A stretch of 64,000 bases of DNA, from positions 89,112,410-89,176,409 of the forward strand of contig JARFYF010000063.1 in assembly GCA_030265395.1 (NCBI GenBank), given 5' to 3'. The first letter of the stretch is position 1. Each line of letters opens with the position of its first letter. Source of the stretch: Rhina ancylostomus (lineage: Eukaryota). Both the position numbers and the translations under genes were made by a program. Below the pieces are notes generated by a model, which saw only the letters and a list, made by a program, of their open reading frames with translations, was not told where the DNA came from and made no database searches. Positions 50,371 through 64,000 of this stretch are shown one piece after another.

Positions 50371-51479
50371 TGCTCCTACGTTTTCTGAGGATTTCAACCA
50401 ATATCCTTTTAAATGTGTTTTACCCAGGTGCTTTATACTTGCAAGGTAAACAAAAGGACATAAGTCACATCCAGATGCAAACACAGCTCAATGCACACAC
50501 AATACACGCACACATGCGCATGTGTGTGTGTGTGCATGGTTAACCATGCAATACTTAAGGTGTAACTATCTGTCAGAGTCCCAAACACTATCTGTTACAC
50601 CTGGGGCTGATCACAGGCATCTTTGCTGGCTCCCAGAGTCTAGGGTTCTATGCTGTCCATGAAGGTCTCCTGCCTTGGATGGTGCTGGTGCTCTCTTCAT
50701 TCCCTTGGTTGGAGCCCTCAAAGTAGGCCTTTGCTGGCTGTGGTTCTCACTGGCTTCACTGGCTGCGGTCGTGGTTCTTCACTGCTGACCACCAGGGCAG
50801 AGTTAACACTGTTCTGGCTTGCTAATGGGCTGATAGGGGTTAATTATAAACCTACTGTGACTTTTCAGAAACTCGGGGAATGAATGGAGTCATTGATCCT
50901 GACACATTCCAGCCTTGGAGACTCGCCCTGGTTCTGCCCCCCTGAAACTTAAGCTTCACCTCTCGACAACAAAGCGCAGGTTTTAACCCGCTTAACTGTT
51001 GAACCGTGGAATCAGCACAGCACAAACAGGCCATTTGGCTCATCGTGTCTGGGGCAGCTTCTTGTAGGAACGCTCAGTTTAGTCCCTTCCCCATCACCCT
51101 GTGAATATTTTCTTCTGTGTCCTTATGCATCCAGATTCTTTCTGAAAGCCACGACTGAATCTGCTTCTGCCACCTTTTCATTCCAGGGGTGTGGGTTTCG
51201 CAGGCTGAGCCAGCATTTAATTGGCCCTCCCTAGTTGCCCTTGAGGTGGTGGCGGTGAGCTGCGTTCCTGAACTCCTGCAGTCCCTGAGATGTGGGCATA
51301 CTCACAGTGCAGTTAGGGAGGGAGTTCCAAGAGAAGTTTGGCCCAGTGACAGTGAAGGATCATTTTGGACAGTGAATCCCAGAGCATTACAAGTTGTGGT
51401 GGAAGAGATGTCTCCTCACCTCAAATCTTCACTGGGCATCGTTAGTCTGTCCCTGCTGGTTGCTCTCCAAGGAAACGGG

Positions 51480-51770
51480 TCATAGAACATAAAACAGTAC
51501 AGCACAGGAGCAGGCCCTTCTGCCATGATGTCTGCACTGAACACCATGCCAAATTAAACTAAATCTCTCCTGCCTGTGATCTATATCCCTCCATATTCAC
51601 GTGTCTATCTAAAGGCCTCTTAAACACACCATCGTATCCACTTCCACCACTCCCTCTGGCACCCACCACTCTCTGTCATAAAAAAAACTTGCCTCGTATG
51701 TTTCCTTTTTTCCATCTCACCCAAAATGCATGTCCTCTAATACTTGAGATTTCTACCCTGGAAAAAGACT
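51480..51770 (-). mobile_element. CR1 3' end
   Basis: catagaacataaaacagtacagcacagg...cttccaccactccc...ttctaccctggaaaaagact is the reverse of the 1258-1619 family. Confidence 0.8.
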
Positions 51771-52309
51771 GGCAATTCCTCCTTATTCACATTGTTTGGA
51801 CCTTTAATGGCTTGCCTGTTTTAAGGACTCCAGTCCCAGCTCCCCATATCACTAAAGGGGTTCGTTGAATACGATCCAGGGAGTGCAAGGTACTGCAACC
51901 TGGAAGGTGTGGACAAGCAAAGAAATTCACAATGAAACAGTAGGACATTCTGAAGAACAGAGGAACTGGACTGTGCAGTGCATGTGCACCAATGCCCCAA
52001 AGTAGCAGGAGGGGTGGATAATGAGAATTGGGAGGGTAGGTTGTAGTCACAGTAGAATGCATACAGCACTAGCTGAGCCACAACAGTACAGTTCTGGTCA
52101 CCACATACAACTGGGACGTGACAGCACAGGACAGCATGCAGAGGNNNNNNNNNNNNNNNNNNNNNNNNNNNNNNNNNNNNNNNNNNNNNNNNNNNNNNNN
52201 NNNNNNNNNNNNNNNNNNNNNNNNNNNNNNNNNNNNNNNNNNNNACTCGTTGGGCTGAAAGGGCCTGTTACCATACTGTAAATAAAATTAAAATTAAATT
52301 AAATTGAAC

Positions 52310-52686
52310 ACCTCAACCTTAAAAGCCTCACTCTTGCTTTTAGATCCCTCGGTGACCTTACCTCTCCATAGCTGGTAACCTCCTTCAGCCCAACAGCTTT
52401 CAGAGTTGCCAATGCTCCTCTAGTGCTCCCAGTATTCTAACTCCACCATTAGTGGCTGACATGGACCTGTGCTCTAGAATTCGATTCCTAATCCTCACAG
52501 CTCCTTTGCCTCTCTCTACTTCTTTTATTACTAAAAACTTACGTCTTGCTTTTGGTCACCTGCCTTCACATCTCATTAGGTGGTTCAGTGCGAAAACCTG
52601 CTCAATGAAATGCCCCTGTGAAATACTGTGGGAGATTTCACCATATTAGCACTGCTTACATGAATGAATGTTGTTTCTGTTGTTGT
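52310..52686 (+). mobile_element. L2 LINE 3' end
   Basis: Ends in ctgtgaaatactgtgggagattt...atgttgtttctgttgttg. Similar ends lie at about 850-960 and 54876-55180. Confidence 0.6.
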
Positions 52687-53564
52687 TGAAGTGGTCCAGT
52701 GACCCCTTTCCTTGATGAGGCCACAACCAGTTCTAAGACCAGATCACCGCCTAATGCACACCATATTGAGGAAGGGACTAAGAACCTAGTGAAGGAAAAT
52801 GAACCAATTTTCTTACATGGACCCAATTCAGACCCTTGTGATTTGCAGCTGGTTTTAAAAGGGGTGGCATGAGGTGTTCCCTTTTACTGCAGTAAGGGTA
52901 AACAAATTTGTGACATTTACACGGTGCATTTTAATGAGGAACAGCTGCAAACTGGATACAAAAACTGAATTAGTCGCTGCTGTGTAAATGGCTCTTTAAT
53001 ACCCCTATTTTACTGATTAAGTGCTAACTCCCCTAAGGATATAATTTCACGTTAATAGTTGTGGGACATTCTTCAAGGTAACCAAATTTGTGTAAAAAAA
53101 CAATTTGGGAAAATATTTTAGTTAATTCATCCATTGAACAAACCTTATGAATAAAATATTTACGAAATAGCCTGCCTTTTAAAGCTATTGTTGTTATTTC
53201 TGTGTTCTTTATATTGCTTTAGTCTTGTGGCTGAATGTTTGGAAATATTTGATGCAAGAGCTGGAAATATTATTGGACTGTTTCAAGACATTAGTGAAGC
53301 TGACAGTGTATCATCAATAAGGAAGCACCAAGATTTTCCAAGGGAGTTGGAGCAGTTGCTTACCCACTGATTATTTCCTTTGTCATACAACCATGCTTTC
53401 TTGATTCAGAGATATATTTAGACAAGAAAGCCTTTACCAAAGACTTTAATAATGATGGCATTTCCTTTAACTTAGATATTCCCTGTTTAATTTTCTTCCT
53501 TCTCCCTCTGCAAAAGGGTATGGACTTCTTCTGGGCATTTGTATCATGCCTTTGATGCAGGAAG

Positions 53565-53790
53565 CATCAAAAGGTGCTTCACAGCAATGATTATCAAATA
53601 AAATTTGGCACCAAGACAGGTAAAGAGTTTTGAGAAAACAGGTCAAATGGCTTGGTCAAAGAGATAGGTTTTAAGGAGTACCTTACATGGGGTGGAATAG
53701 AGAGAGAAGTTGAAAGATAGGGCCCTGCCAGCTTAAGGCACAGTTGGCTGGGGTGCAGAGTCTGAAACCAGAGACCGAAATTGGAATGGA
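53565..53790 (-). mobile_element. L2 LINE 3' end
   Basis: Reads caaaaggtgcttcacag...ttggtcaaagagataggttttaaggagtacctta. Confidence 0.6.
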
Positions 53791-55999
53791 TCAGAATTGG
53801 AATGCTACAGATGGCAGGCACCACCTTACTTAAGTGGCCATTCATCATCCTCAATTCCAAATCATCAGCACTAGCAAATTATTGAACTGTAAAAGGCATT
53901 CTGGCTGAGACTGAACCTTTCCTTACCTGATGTCCACAAATCATACAGTTTCCAGGCAGAGTCTTTGTGTCTCCCCCACCCAATGGTTCTGAGGTCAATC
54001 ATAAAGCTCTGTTATCACCTGAGTTAGGCCGAGTGTTTAGTGCTAAGTGAGCAAAGTCCAACAGTTTGTGGTTTCTATGGTTTAACCACAGACCGCTTCT
54101 ACCAGCCGAAGCAGATTCTTTTCTTTCAAATACTTTAACTCCCTTGCAGTGACTCATTGAAATTTCCAGCTGAGATTATCAGCAGTTACTGTTTAAATCA
54201 AGCTATTAAAAACATTCCCATAAAAAGGCGCTATGTTGATGGGAAGGTTTCCATCGCTTGTTACTTTAGCAAAGCTGTAAACACATTCTTTATACTTTTA
54301 CGATTTTGTTACAAATAGTCAAAAAAAATCTTTCCTTCTGTGTTTGTAATTGTCAATCATTTTTAAAAGTAGCACTATGGACACAAAGTCTTAAATAGGT
54401 ATTTTACCATTATTTAAAAGAAAAACAGATTATTTAGCACCCAATCTGTGTTCTTAATACAGATCTTTTTTATTGAGTTTGTATAGCTTAGAAAAATAGA
54501 AAGGTGCATCAGAAATGTTTTGTTCTATTTAAGTTAGACTTAGATCGAAACAAGCTGCTGTCATTCTTTATAAGGAAAAAATGGTAAAGGTTTCTTATTG
54601 CTTGTGTTAAATGTACAAATAGCAGGGGCTATACTTTGCACTCCACTCCCATGATTTAAAAAAAATGTGGATGATTTGGCTTTGGTTCAAAAGGGATCCA
54701 CTTGGCATGCTGAATTAGCCTCCATAAAGGAACTGAAACAAGCAGATTGTTAATTTTAAAATTTGTTTCCTTGCTNNNNNNNNNNNNNNNNNNNNNNNNN
54801 NNNNNNNNNNNNNNNNNNNNNNNNNNNNNNNNNNNNNNNNNNNNNNNNNNNNNNNNNNNNNNNNNNNNNNNNNNNTTGCTTTTAAAACTTTCCTGGCCTC
54901 AACCCTCCATTTTTCTGTAACCTCCTCAGACTCTGCAACTTTCTGTGGTATTTGCACTCCTCAATTGCTGCCCTTTTCTGCAGTTTCAATTTTCGTAACT
55001 CCATTATTGCCAAATTTGGCTCCAGCTGCCTTCCACCTAAAGGTCCAACGTTCTTCCCCATCAGTTTTCTTGTTTACAGTCTTTTAAGATACCCCATAAG
55101 ACCTATATCATTATTATCTATTAACATCTCCCTAAGTTGGCCATATTAATTTCCATAATTGCTTCCTTGAAGGCCTTGTACATAGGCAGCAACAATCAGC
55201 TAGTAAAAAGTGTGGGTTTGGTCAAAATGGTTATAACAAAAATACCCAGCATTTTTAATTGGTGTCACAGAAGCAAAGCTGAAAAGTACTTTTATAAACA
55301 GTATAGAATTATTTGCCAGTCGCGTTAAAATAGATTTAAAAACTTCTAACATGTTGCAGTTGGTTTGCTCACACCGAAGGAGACAGCTTCATTTTAAGAG
55401 GATCCCCGAATGTCCACAAATGAGCCCCACTTGTGAAAATCCCCCTACGGGTGAATAACTCCACCCCGGCATAGCCAGTTTCGGGGTTGAACCAGCTTCT
55501 TTCGCAATGTTATTTAAATCGCCGCAAAACATCATGAAAATGCATCTACCGCATTTTCTTCAGGGTATGCCGGCTTTAAGTGGTCTGCACCTTGAAAATC
55601 AGTTCGCTGAGAATTCAGTCTTTAATGTTTCACGGCCCTTTTTTGTACGCGGCAATGAGATTGTGATTCACATTTCAATCTGAAATCGCAGGAGAGTCAA
55701 ACTTCTGTAGTGGTCATTGGAAATGTGGAGGTGACTTTATGACATTTGCGTTGAGACGACTACAAGGATATCGGAGTAAATTACAACACGAATTACAAGC
55801 TGCCAACACTTTGCCGTGCATTTAGATTATTGCATGCCCAAAGACATTCAATGTTTCTGATTTCACTGTAGGTGTGGATTTACTTTAAAGTAACACATCA
55901 TTGAGAGCCACAAGTTTCCCTCCGAAGGTTCTGTTGCATCATTGATAGCGGTGCGATTCCGTGCTCGGATCGGAACCATGCCGCATAGATTTTTCACAT

Positions 56000-56360
56000 C
56001 CCTTTGATTCGAAAAATCCTTCCAGCTTTCAGATGGACTTTTTCACAGTAAGAACTAACCCCTCCACCGCCAGTGAGGAATAAAGCAAAATTAGAGGAGT
56101 GTTCGGGACCTTAAGATGATATTTCAAAATGTTCAACATAGCCCATTCAATGGTTAAGGGGAAAGAGCAAAGTGCAGAAATAAAAACAGCAAATGATGGT
56201 AATATCCCATACACCTACTAGCTTCAGAAAATGAGGGAGATGCGTTCTGGATCATGAGGAAGCCCTTCGGATAAAGTAGCTGTGCTACAGAGGCTGGGTG
56301 TAAATTAATTTTCCCTGCGCATGATCCCCCTGCAATCTCACCAGATGTCAAACAGCAGAG
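56000..56360 (-). pseudogene. Decayed PIF/Harbinger transposase fragment
   Basis: Minus-strand motifs in the correct order across frameshifts: AQGKLIY..VA..YP.G..HD, LVG..GY, TIEWAM..ILK...LLYS. Confidence 0.45.
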
Positions 56361-56454
56361 AAAGGGCAGCATGACACCTCAGCATCATGATGTAATTACT
56401 GAGCATTGCATCGCAACAAAGGAGTGTGGCAAAGCAGGTGGTGGCTGCGGGGGA

Positions 56455-56787
56455 TGCCGTGGAGTCTTACAGCGTGGAAACAGGCCCAGTGAGGCTGTGT
56501 CTCTCATCAAGCACCCATTTCACACCAGACCTACACCACCTTCAATTTATTTCCCCACCCTCCCCCAACATTCCCAGAAATCCCTCCAGATTCTTCCACC
56601 GGGGCTCAGTTTACAGTGGTCGGTTAACCTACCGACCCAAAGGTGTTGGAGGAAACTGGAGCATGCAGGGGGAACTCACAGTGACGGAGAGAAAGTGCAA
56701 ACTCCATATAGGCAGTGCCCGAGATCAGGAATGAACCCGTGTCTCTGATGCTATGAGGCAGCAGCTCTACCAACTGCACCACTGTGC
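56455..56787 (-). mobile_element. V-SINE (HE1-like)
   Basis: Reads ggaggaaactggagca...gcaaactcca..ggcagtgcccgag.tcagga.tgaaccc...ctaccaactgcaccactgtgc. Confidence 0.8.
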
Positions 56788-57189
56788 ACGATGGGTGGTG
56801 GGCATATCAGTGCAAGCAGGGCACAGGACCTCCCCAAAAGTGAACAGACAAATCATGTGAGGGTTTTGATGCACACACACAGACATGTTTGCCATTTAAC
56901 AGTATGAGTACATATATTTGCCCTTCCAAACCCTGGGGATGTCACAATGTTGATCCAGAGCAAAGTCACAGAGAACCCAAATGCAGCACACCAATACAAG
57001 ACTGGAGTCAGGATNNNNNNNNNNNNNNNNNNNNNNNNNNNNNNNNNNNNNNNNNNNNNNNNNNNNNNNNNNNNNNNNNNNNNNNNNNNNNNNNNNNNNN
57101 NNNNNNNNNNNNNNAGTCCAGCATGGAATCCATGTGCTGGACAACAAGGCATCAATGGAGCCAAATTGAGGACCAGAACTCAGAACCAT

Positions 57190-57358
57190 GATAGGGGAAC
57201 TTTACTCTGTACTCAATAAGAGAGTACAGAGTACAGTTTTTTACCTGTACTAACTCAATGTATCTGCCCTGTGTAGTGAATTGATCTGTACAAACGGAAT
57301 GCAAGACAAGCTTTTCACTGTACCTCGGTACAAATGACAATAACAAACCAATTCCAAT
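57190..57358 (+). mobile_element. 3' tail of a Rex1-family element
   Basis: ttttcactgtacctcggtacaaatgacaataacaaaccaattccaat, as at about 42500 and 43210. Confidence 0.75.
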
Positions 57359-58466
57359 CTTAAACTCCTGTGAAGGTCACTGGAGAATAGGAACAGGGGG
57401 GAAGCCATTCACTCCCTTGAGCTTGTGCTACCATTCACTTAGGCAATGAATGCTCTGTATCCCAACTCAGTCTAACCAGTGGGATCATTCTACAGCTCAT
57501 GTGAAGTGTGATCGATGCATGATCCTACTTACACAAAGGTTTGCCCTGAATATATTTTCTGAGTCAGCATTTTTTCCAGTTGGTTACACATTGAAAGGAA
57601 TTGGAGAATTAACCCACAATTGGGATGGATTGTAAATTAAAGTCTGGAATTGGTGAAGGGTGATGTGAGGAATCCACTGTGATACAGAGATAGGTATGTA
57701 ATTTTTGTTTTAAGGCTACATTATTTACTGATAGTGTAGTCAGAATGGTGCCATTAATGGGGCCAGACAGACTGATTTCCTCAGGGAGATTCCAGTCAGC
57801 AATGCAAATTCTGCCAACATCTAGTTAGTGCATTTACTTAATATTTCCCAGTGGCCAGTGGTGAACTCCTATATCGGAAGCTAACAACAATATAAATGCT
57901 GCTTCAAATGATTCAAGTGGTTTCACTCCCAGGTTTGGAGGACAAGACGATGCATTGATTGCACTTCACATGAGCCCTACTGGATAGACTGAACTGGGAT
58001 ACAGATCAGCCATTATTTAAGTGAATGGTGGCAGAGGCCCAAGGGAGTGAATGCCTTCCCCCTGTTCGTATACTCCAGTGACCTTAACAGAACTTTAAAT
58101 TCTGAGAATTGGTCTTTTATTTGTTTTTATGTTGCCAACTCTGATTTACAGTTCCTAGTCAAACTGCTATGGAAATATCCTGGGTTTATTTTCTGTTTCT
58201 TTTGCTTTTTAATCATCCTAGTTTGCAAATCAACTCAATGAAGACTGACATTGATCATGATATTCACCAATACTTCCAGTGCACCAACAAAGACTTCAGC
58301 TACTGAGGGAAAATGTGTGAGGAGCAAGACTTCAAATCTGGTATCATGCTCGTGGTCTACAGTTCCATGTTCTTTTGCACACCTCAGAGAGATGGACAAC
58401 CTGCAGCAAACAACTCAAAGCACTGGAAGTCTTATCAACACTGCATCATCCAAATGCAATACGATT

Positions 58467-58612
58467 TAAGATTAAGATATTTATTTATTAGTCACATGTC
58501 AATCACACAGTGAAATGAGTCTTTTTGCATTTCTGGGAATGTGCTGGGGGCAGCCCGCAAGTGTCACCACTCTTCCAACGCTAACATAGCATGCCCATAA
58601 CTCCTAACATGT
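58467..58612 (-). mobile_element. V-SINE 3' half
   Basis: Reverse of 11350-11500. Confidence 0.8.
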
Positions 58613-60885
58613 ACTGGAAGGATATATCAATATCAATGACCTTTTCTAAGCCAACACCTTCACACTGGTTGTGCCCAAGCAGCACCAACGGGTGGGCTAC
58701 GTTGCCTGCATCCCTTACACCAGATCGCTGAAACGAGCAACCAACTCAGAGCTCTGTGTCGGCAGTGACTCCAGCAGGGCAGAGAAATTGCTCCACAGAT
58801 GTTCTCAGAATCATCCATGAAGATATACGAGGTTGTCAGTGACACCCTGGCTTGTAGCTTCTTTCATTGGAGAATGAGTATCTAGGAAGCCATGGATTGC
58901 CTCAATTCTCAACAACAGGAACATGTGCAGGCCAACGGAAGGTGAGGGCAAAATGATCCAAAAACTTTGACTCCCACCCTGTCCCATATATGGCAGACTC
59001 TGTGTGCCCTGCATTGGACTCTTCAGCACACAGAATTGGAATGGAAGCAAATCACCCTAAATCCCAAGAGACTGTCTAAGAAGAAAACCTTTGCAATTTC
59101 TTATATGTCATGGTTCTGAGTTCNNNNNNNNNNNNNNNNNNNNNNNNNNNNNNNNNNNNNNNNNNNNNNNNNNNNNNNNNNNNNNNNNNNNNNNNNNNNN
59201 NNNNNNNNNNNNNNNNNNNNNNNNNNNNNNNNNNNNNNNNNNNNNNNNNNNNNNNNNNNNNNNNNNNNNNNNNNNNNNNNNNNNNNNNNNNNNNNNNNNN
59301 NNNNNNNNNNNNNNNNNNNNNNNNNNNNNNNNNNNNNNNNNNNNNNNNNNNNNNNNNNNNNNNNNNNNNNNNNNNNNNNNNNNNNNNNNNNNGATTTATG
59401 TTTTGGCAATATGCAGCCTAACATCAATTAATACATAATTATACCAATTATACCCCTGTACTAAATTTACTTTTAATTACTTCCTTTTAAGACTGAAAGC
59501 TGCAATTCCCCACCTCCCCACCCTCCCTAACTCTAACATTGCTTCTGGAAATGTCATAGTGGGTTCTTCTGATTGGCTGCTCTAAGTCTGTGGTTTGTAT
59601 TTATCTTCTACTGAAGTTACAGCATCTTGTGGACAGCATGTGAGGAAATTCTGGGGGGTAGGCCAGTTAAGCTTAGATCTCTGCTTCACACCACGTGCAA
59701 ACCCTGCAGAGTGACCTTGTGGCACAGTGACCCACGGTGGTCGAGATGTACCTTGAGAGACCTGGAGTTCAAACATGGCTTTCTTTGCTGTATTCTGCAG
59801 TGTTTTGAATACTATTTAATTTGCCAGTTGCTGGTACTCACTGATTGCACCTGGAAAATATAGCAGGTAAGTATCAAGGCTTTTTGTCTCACATGGATTT
59901 CAGTGCTGAGACTCTCAATAAGGCACTGGACTTCTAGCACTTTTGAAGGAGCAGGGTAATTCAAACAGAAATTACCATGTTCCAGCATTTAACTGCTCAG
60001 ATGTGCTTGCTGAAGTCGTCTTATTTACCCAATAATAGCAGTAAGAGCCGATTAAGTCTCTATTACTTTAATCACAGAAATGAGCCATTGGGTCTAAAGT
60101 AGGATTGGACACTTGTCAGTCCATTTTTCTTTGTGTAAGTGGCAAATATCATCCAATTCTGTTCTACACTACGGACTACAGTGCAACTGATGAAGATTTT
60201 CTTCAGTATAACGTCACTCAGTTAACACATTTGGAACAGCTCTTTGTCCTTTACTATTACAGTGCAGCATTTGATTTAAAACATTAAAAAATATATGGCC
60301 ACACTCTGTAGTTAAGTATGTTATCTAGGTAATGGATTGAAGCTTCATTGTCCTTTTAAGAATTTTTTAAAATTTATGTAAGTTTCTTCATTTTGGTCAC
60401 TTCTTAATTCTAATTAATCAACTTTACCCTTTTACTGTCACCAGAACACCTTCTTTTACAATATTCAGCATTTTTGGTGACAATTATCCCAGTGGACAAG
60501 ACACAAGCTCATTCCATTAATATGGCATTGATTAAGCATCTTTGTCTCCATATCACTACTCTTATTCACTGCCCTATGAATCAGTCTGAGAACAACACCA
60601 GTTCCAACAGGGTGAACCCAACCAATACAGTTAACTACTTGCTTAACACATTCAGTACTAGAAATGACTATCTATTTTCTCCAGTTTTATGTTGATTTGA
60701 AATGGTCCTGGGGTAGAAATGAGCCTAACAGGGCAGCATAATAACAGGTGTTCTCATATATGAGGATTATTACATGCCCTGATATTCACTCTCATTCACT
60801 TTCATAGACCTGCCACAAACAGAGCAGATTTTGAATGACTGATATTTTCTAATCTGGCCCCACTATGTCACACTTGGGTCCATAT

Positions 60886-61126
60886 ATAAGATAAGATATC
60901 TTTATTAGTCACATGTACATCGAAACACACAGTGAAATGCATCTTTTTTGCGTAGTGTGTTCTGGGTGCAGCCCATAAGGGTCGCCTTGCTTCCAGCACC
61001 AACATAGCATGCACAGAACTTCCTAACCCATACGTCTTTGGAATATGGGAAGAAACCGGAGCACCCGGAGGAAAGCCCTGCAGACACGGGGGGATCGTAC
61101 AAACTCCTTACAGGCAGCAGCCAGAA
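60886..61126 (-). mobile_element. V-SINE
   Basis: Reverse of 11240-11507, including gaaaccggagcacccggaggaaa. Confidence 0.85.
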
Positions 61127-63169
61127 TATATCAGTAATTCTCTAAAACTATTCTAATCAGCCAAGCTTTATGAATGGAGCATTTAAAATATCTTTTTCCC
61201 TCATATTCAGCAACTGAAAGTATTTGTAAAAAAGCTCATTCATGCTCCAACCTGGCCCCTTTCTCAATTGTTATCTTCTCACACAGCTTTTTACAACAGC
61301 AGCTATTAAGCAATAATTGGGATGAGAATGCTGGTTGAATTTCCATCTCTCCAACTCAGAACAAGTGAGATCAGTTCTTTTCATAGCTGATGCCAGCCAG
61401 GAATGATTGGCACGAGAGGTGCCTTTTGTTACAAGGGCATGGCAAGAGGATGAAAATGAACTGTTATTATCACTGCATAAAGTGCAGGGTAGTTGCAGGA
61501 CATTGGTAAGGTAGGTGAAAGTTATACACAGAGCACTAGTGTTTAATATAGTGTGTGACTTTAGCATGACTCTCAGTTTGACTTACAGTTATTGCTCTAC
61601 ATGGTAAGATTTTACATTTGGTACTTTGACAAATACATGTGCTTTTGAGGAGCAAAAAAAAATTGGAAGATAGGAGGGTCATCGTCAGATTAATGTTTCA
61701 AAGAGGACCTCACATCTAGTTGTAGCAACACCATCAACTTTTTGTTTACGTTCTCTTAGGAGAGATGTGAAATTTACTGCTGATTTGCCAAGTTCTGCTG
61801 TATGCTAACATACAGAATGAAAATTGCTCCAGTTTGCTTTTTGGAACACAGAGCAATCTATAAAAAATACAATGTGTTGTACAACTTCTGAATAAACGTA
61901 GTCTTCCAGTGTACAAAAGCTGACACAAGATGCTGAGTGGAATTTTGACACAGACAGGAATCTTTAATCTATCAAGAGCCTGTCCTCTTACAAGTAGTTT
62001 TGTTAGAAGCTGCCTTCTATACTACAAGATATTCTATACTGTACATATAGGAGTGATCGTATTGCTCTTAGAAGTGTATTATAACAGGAACATTATTTAA
62101 AAAGCACTCTTGACTCTGCCCCTGACTTTGAATGCTTTGTCAAACTATAGTTTCCTTACAACACATATTTTAATGCATACAGTATATTAAATAAGAATTA
62201 AGAAAAATGTTGCAGAGTATCTTTGGCTACATTCAATAGGAAAGTAGGCTTGCATCTGATGCCCTGTTACTAAATTTACAATGTACAGAAACATACAACA
62301 AAAATAATACACAAATGTGAAAAAAAAGTTTCTCTGATTATATTTTACTTCCTCATCCAGAATTACTGTGGCCAGTATTAAAGACCACTATTTAATTAGT
62401 GGATGAAATACTTTACATACAAATACATTGAGCTTTTGGATGCACTTAATTTCTAAGTCAAAACCTCATTTCTTTTGGAAGCATAACAAAAATGATAGTG
62501 TCAGCCCTTGGACATGTAATATTTTGGAATACAATAATCATTTTAACTATCATTTAAAATAACATTACCATTTAATTTAGTCTGATATTTGCTTTTCTTC
62601 CCACTGTCCTGAAGGTGGTGGCACGTGCTATACTTCTGCTATGAAATTGTGTCAGCTGGTTGGTAGCTTACTAAGTGCTGATTCCTGAGCCTAGAAACTG
62701 GATCGATTGGTGCCCACCTTTCATGTGCAAATTGCACTTAAATCAATGTAAGCTTGTTGTAGATTGGTATTGTGATAATATTCTGNNNNNNNNNNNNNNN
62801 NNNNNNNNNNNNNNNNNNNNNNNNNNNNNNNNNNNNNNNNNNNNNNNNNNNNNNNNNNNNNNNNNNNNNNNNNNNNNNNNNNNNNTGAAATTAGCCTTTA
62901 GCAAAATTGTACAGGTTACCACACCTGATATTTTTCCAGCATTGGCATGCAGTGTCCCTTTACTCCCTATTGACATAAATTAGAGCTGAAAGGCTCAAGT
63001 TATGACCATTGAACAGCAGTCTCACTTGAAACAGAGAAGTACACTACTTGTTGCTTTTCCAATTATTTAAAGGGACACTCTGATGACATTTGGAGATCTG
63101 GCCAAGCGCTCAAACACCTTCCAAGGTCCAGAGAGCATGCTCAAACTGATAGTGGATGTTTCTTCAGCC

Positions 63170-63960
63170 GAAGTCTTTGTCATAAGGGCTGCACTTCATT
63201 ACTGGAAGTGTTGTTATGACTATGGCTGGCCAATTAAGGTGGGTCAGGGGTGTCAGTGCACGAGGCAAAGACATCAGTGAAGAACTTACCCTCACAAGCT
63301 CTTCAGAGACAACATTTGCAGGTGCAGGTTTTCCAAGGCTGTCATCCCTCGGATGTGTGCTCTCTCCATGGAGGTGAAGGTCACATTAACGCTTGGTTAT
63401 CTCACCACAAGATCTTTCCAAACACCCACTGCATGTCTCCACTGTATCTCCCAATTTGCTGCTCACTTTTGCATCAAGGAGGTCACCTAGATGTTTTAAT
63501 CTCCTTTGATCACAGTGTAGAGCAAATGGCATCTTGGACACTGCCACTTGACTTCCCATGAGTGTAGTCAGCCACTGAGCGCAATCGAGTCCACAAGGGA
63601 GTCCATTAACAAGCTGGACCTTTTCATGATGTAAGAGGATTCCATTCTCTCAATGTACATATGGCTGTGGATCATCAGAAGAATTTCCTCATGGTCGATG
63701 TGCTGTTTCCAGGAAGCACACATCACTCCTTCTTTCTCAGAGGGAATGCACCGCAAGACAGCTTCATTGGCTGCACTACTAGGAGGGATGGATCCTGGGG
63801 GGCAAAAGTTACCCTAGTTCTTCACACTAATTTGTACTCCTGCCACATCAACTGACCACCAATAACTACAAAAGCTGTACTAGTACCAGAAATTGCGCAA
63901 AGCACTTGTTGAGTTTCTAAAAATGAGCCTTCAGTTACACCAACCAGGTTTAGAGACTTC
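63170..63960 (+). pseudogene. PIF/Harbinger (HARBI1-like, DDE_Tnp_4) transposase fossil
   Basis: Motifs in canonical order: AGFPR (~63324), AIEST, RGFHSLNVHMAVDHQKNFLMVDVLFPGSTHHSFFLR, GWILGGKSYP, TR...EFLKM. It is frameshifted and the catalytic Asp positions are altered. Confidence 0.8.
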
Positions 63961-64000
63961 ATGAAAGTGTGCTCATACCTGTCCAACCAATGACAACAGC

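Noticed and set aside
53870-54110. Possible LF-SINE or other ancient SINE
   Set aside because: The resemblance is too weak to assign by eye.

Overview
This is vertebrate genomic DNA, almost certainly from a cartilaginous fish (shark or ray), judged from its CR1, L2, Rex1, V-SINE and Deu-SINE repeat content. It comes from a draft assembly with many 10-N and 100-N gaps. The only protein-coding gene is the 5' half of MEIS1 (TALE homeobox) on the minus strand: coding exons 1-6 (32770 down to 28724, 636 nt, 212 aa, the MEINOX/HM domain), all with GT-AG junctions in phase. Exon 7 and the homeodomain are not found, so 1-28723 is read as intron 6, and about 33.2-64 kb is upstream gene desert. The gene start lies in a transposon-free block of about 21 kb that contains a CpG-rich domain of about 13 kb. 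The most interesting signals are regulatory: a single 7-codon uORF next to a perfect PBX-MEIS decamer in the 5' leader; a candidate upstream CCAAT promoter with an in-phase alternative first exon (ATG CAG AGC|GTGAGT); a perfect DR2 retinoic-acid element; a possible homeodomain-less isoform ending in intron 6; several dense motif clusters; two decayed Harbinger transposase fossils; and a fold-back/templated-insertion scar. There is no prokaryotic-type system, RNA gene or CRISPR array. Comparisons with human sequence and repeat-family assignments are from memory and need alignment. Transposon boundaries are approximate.
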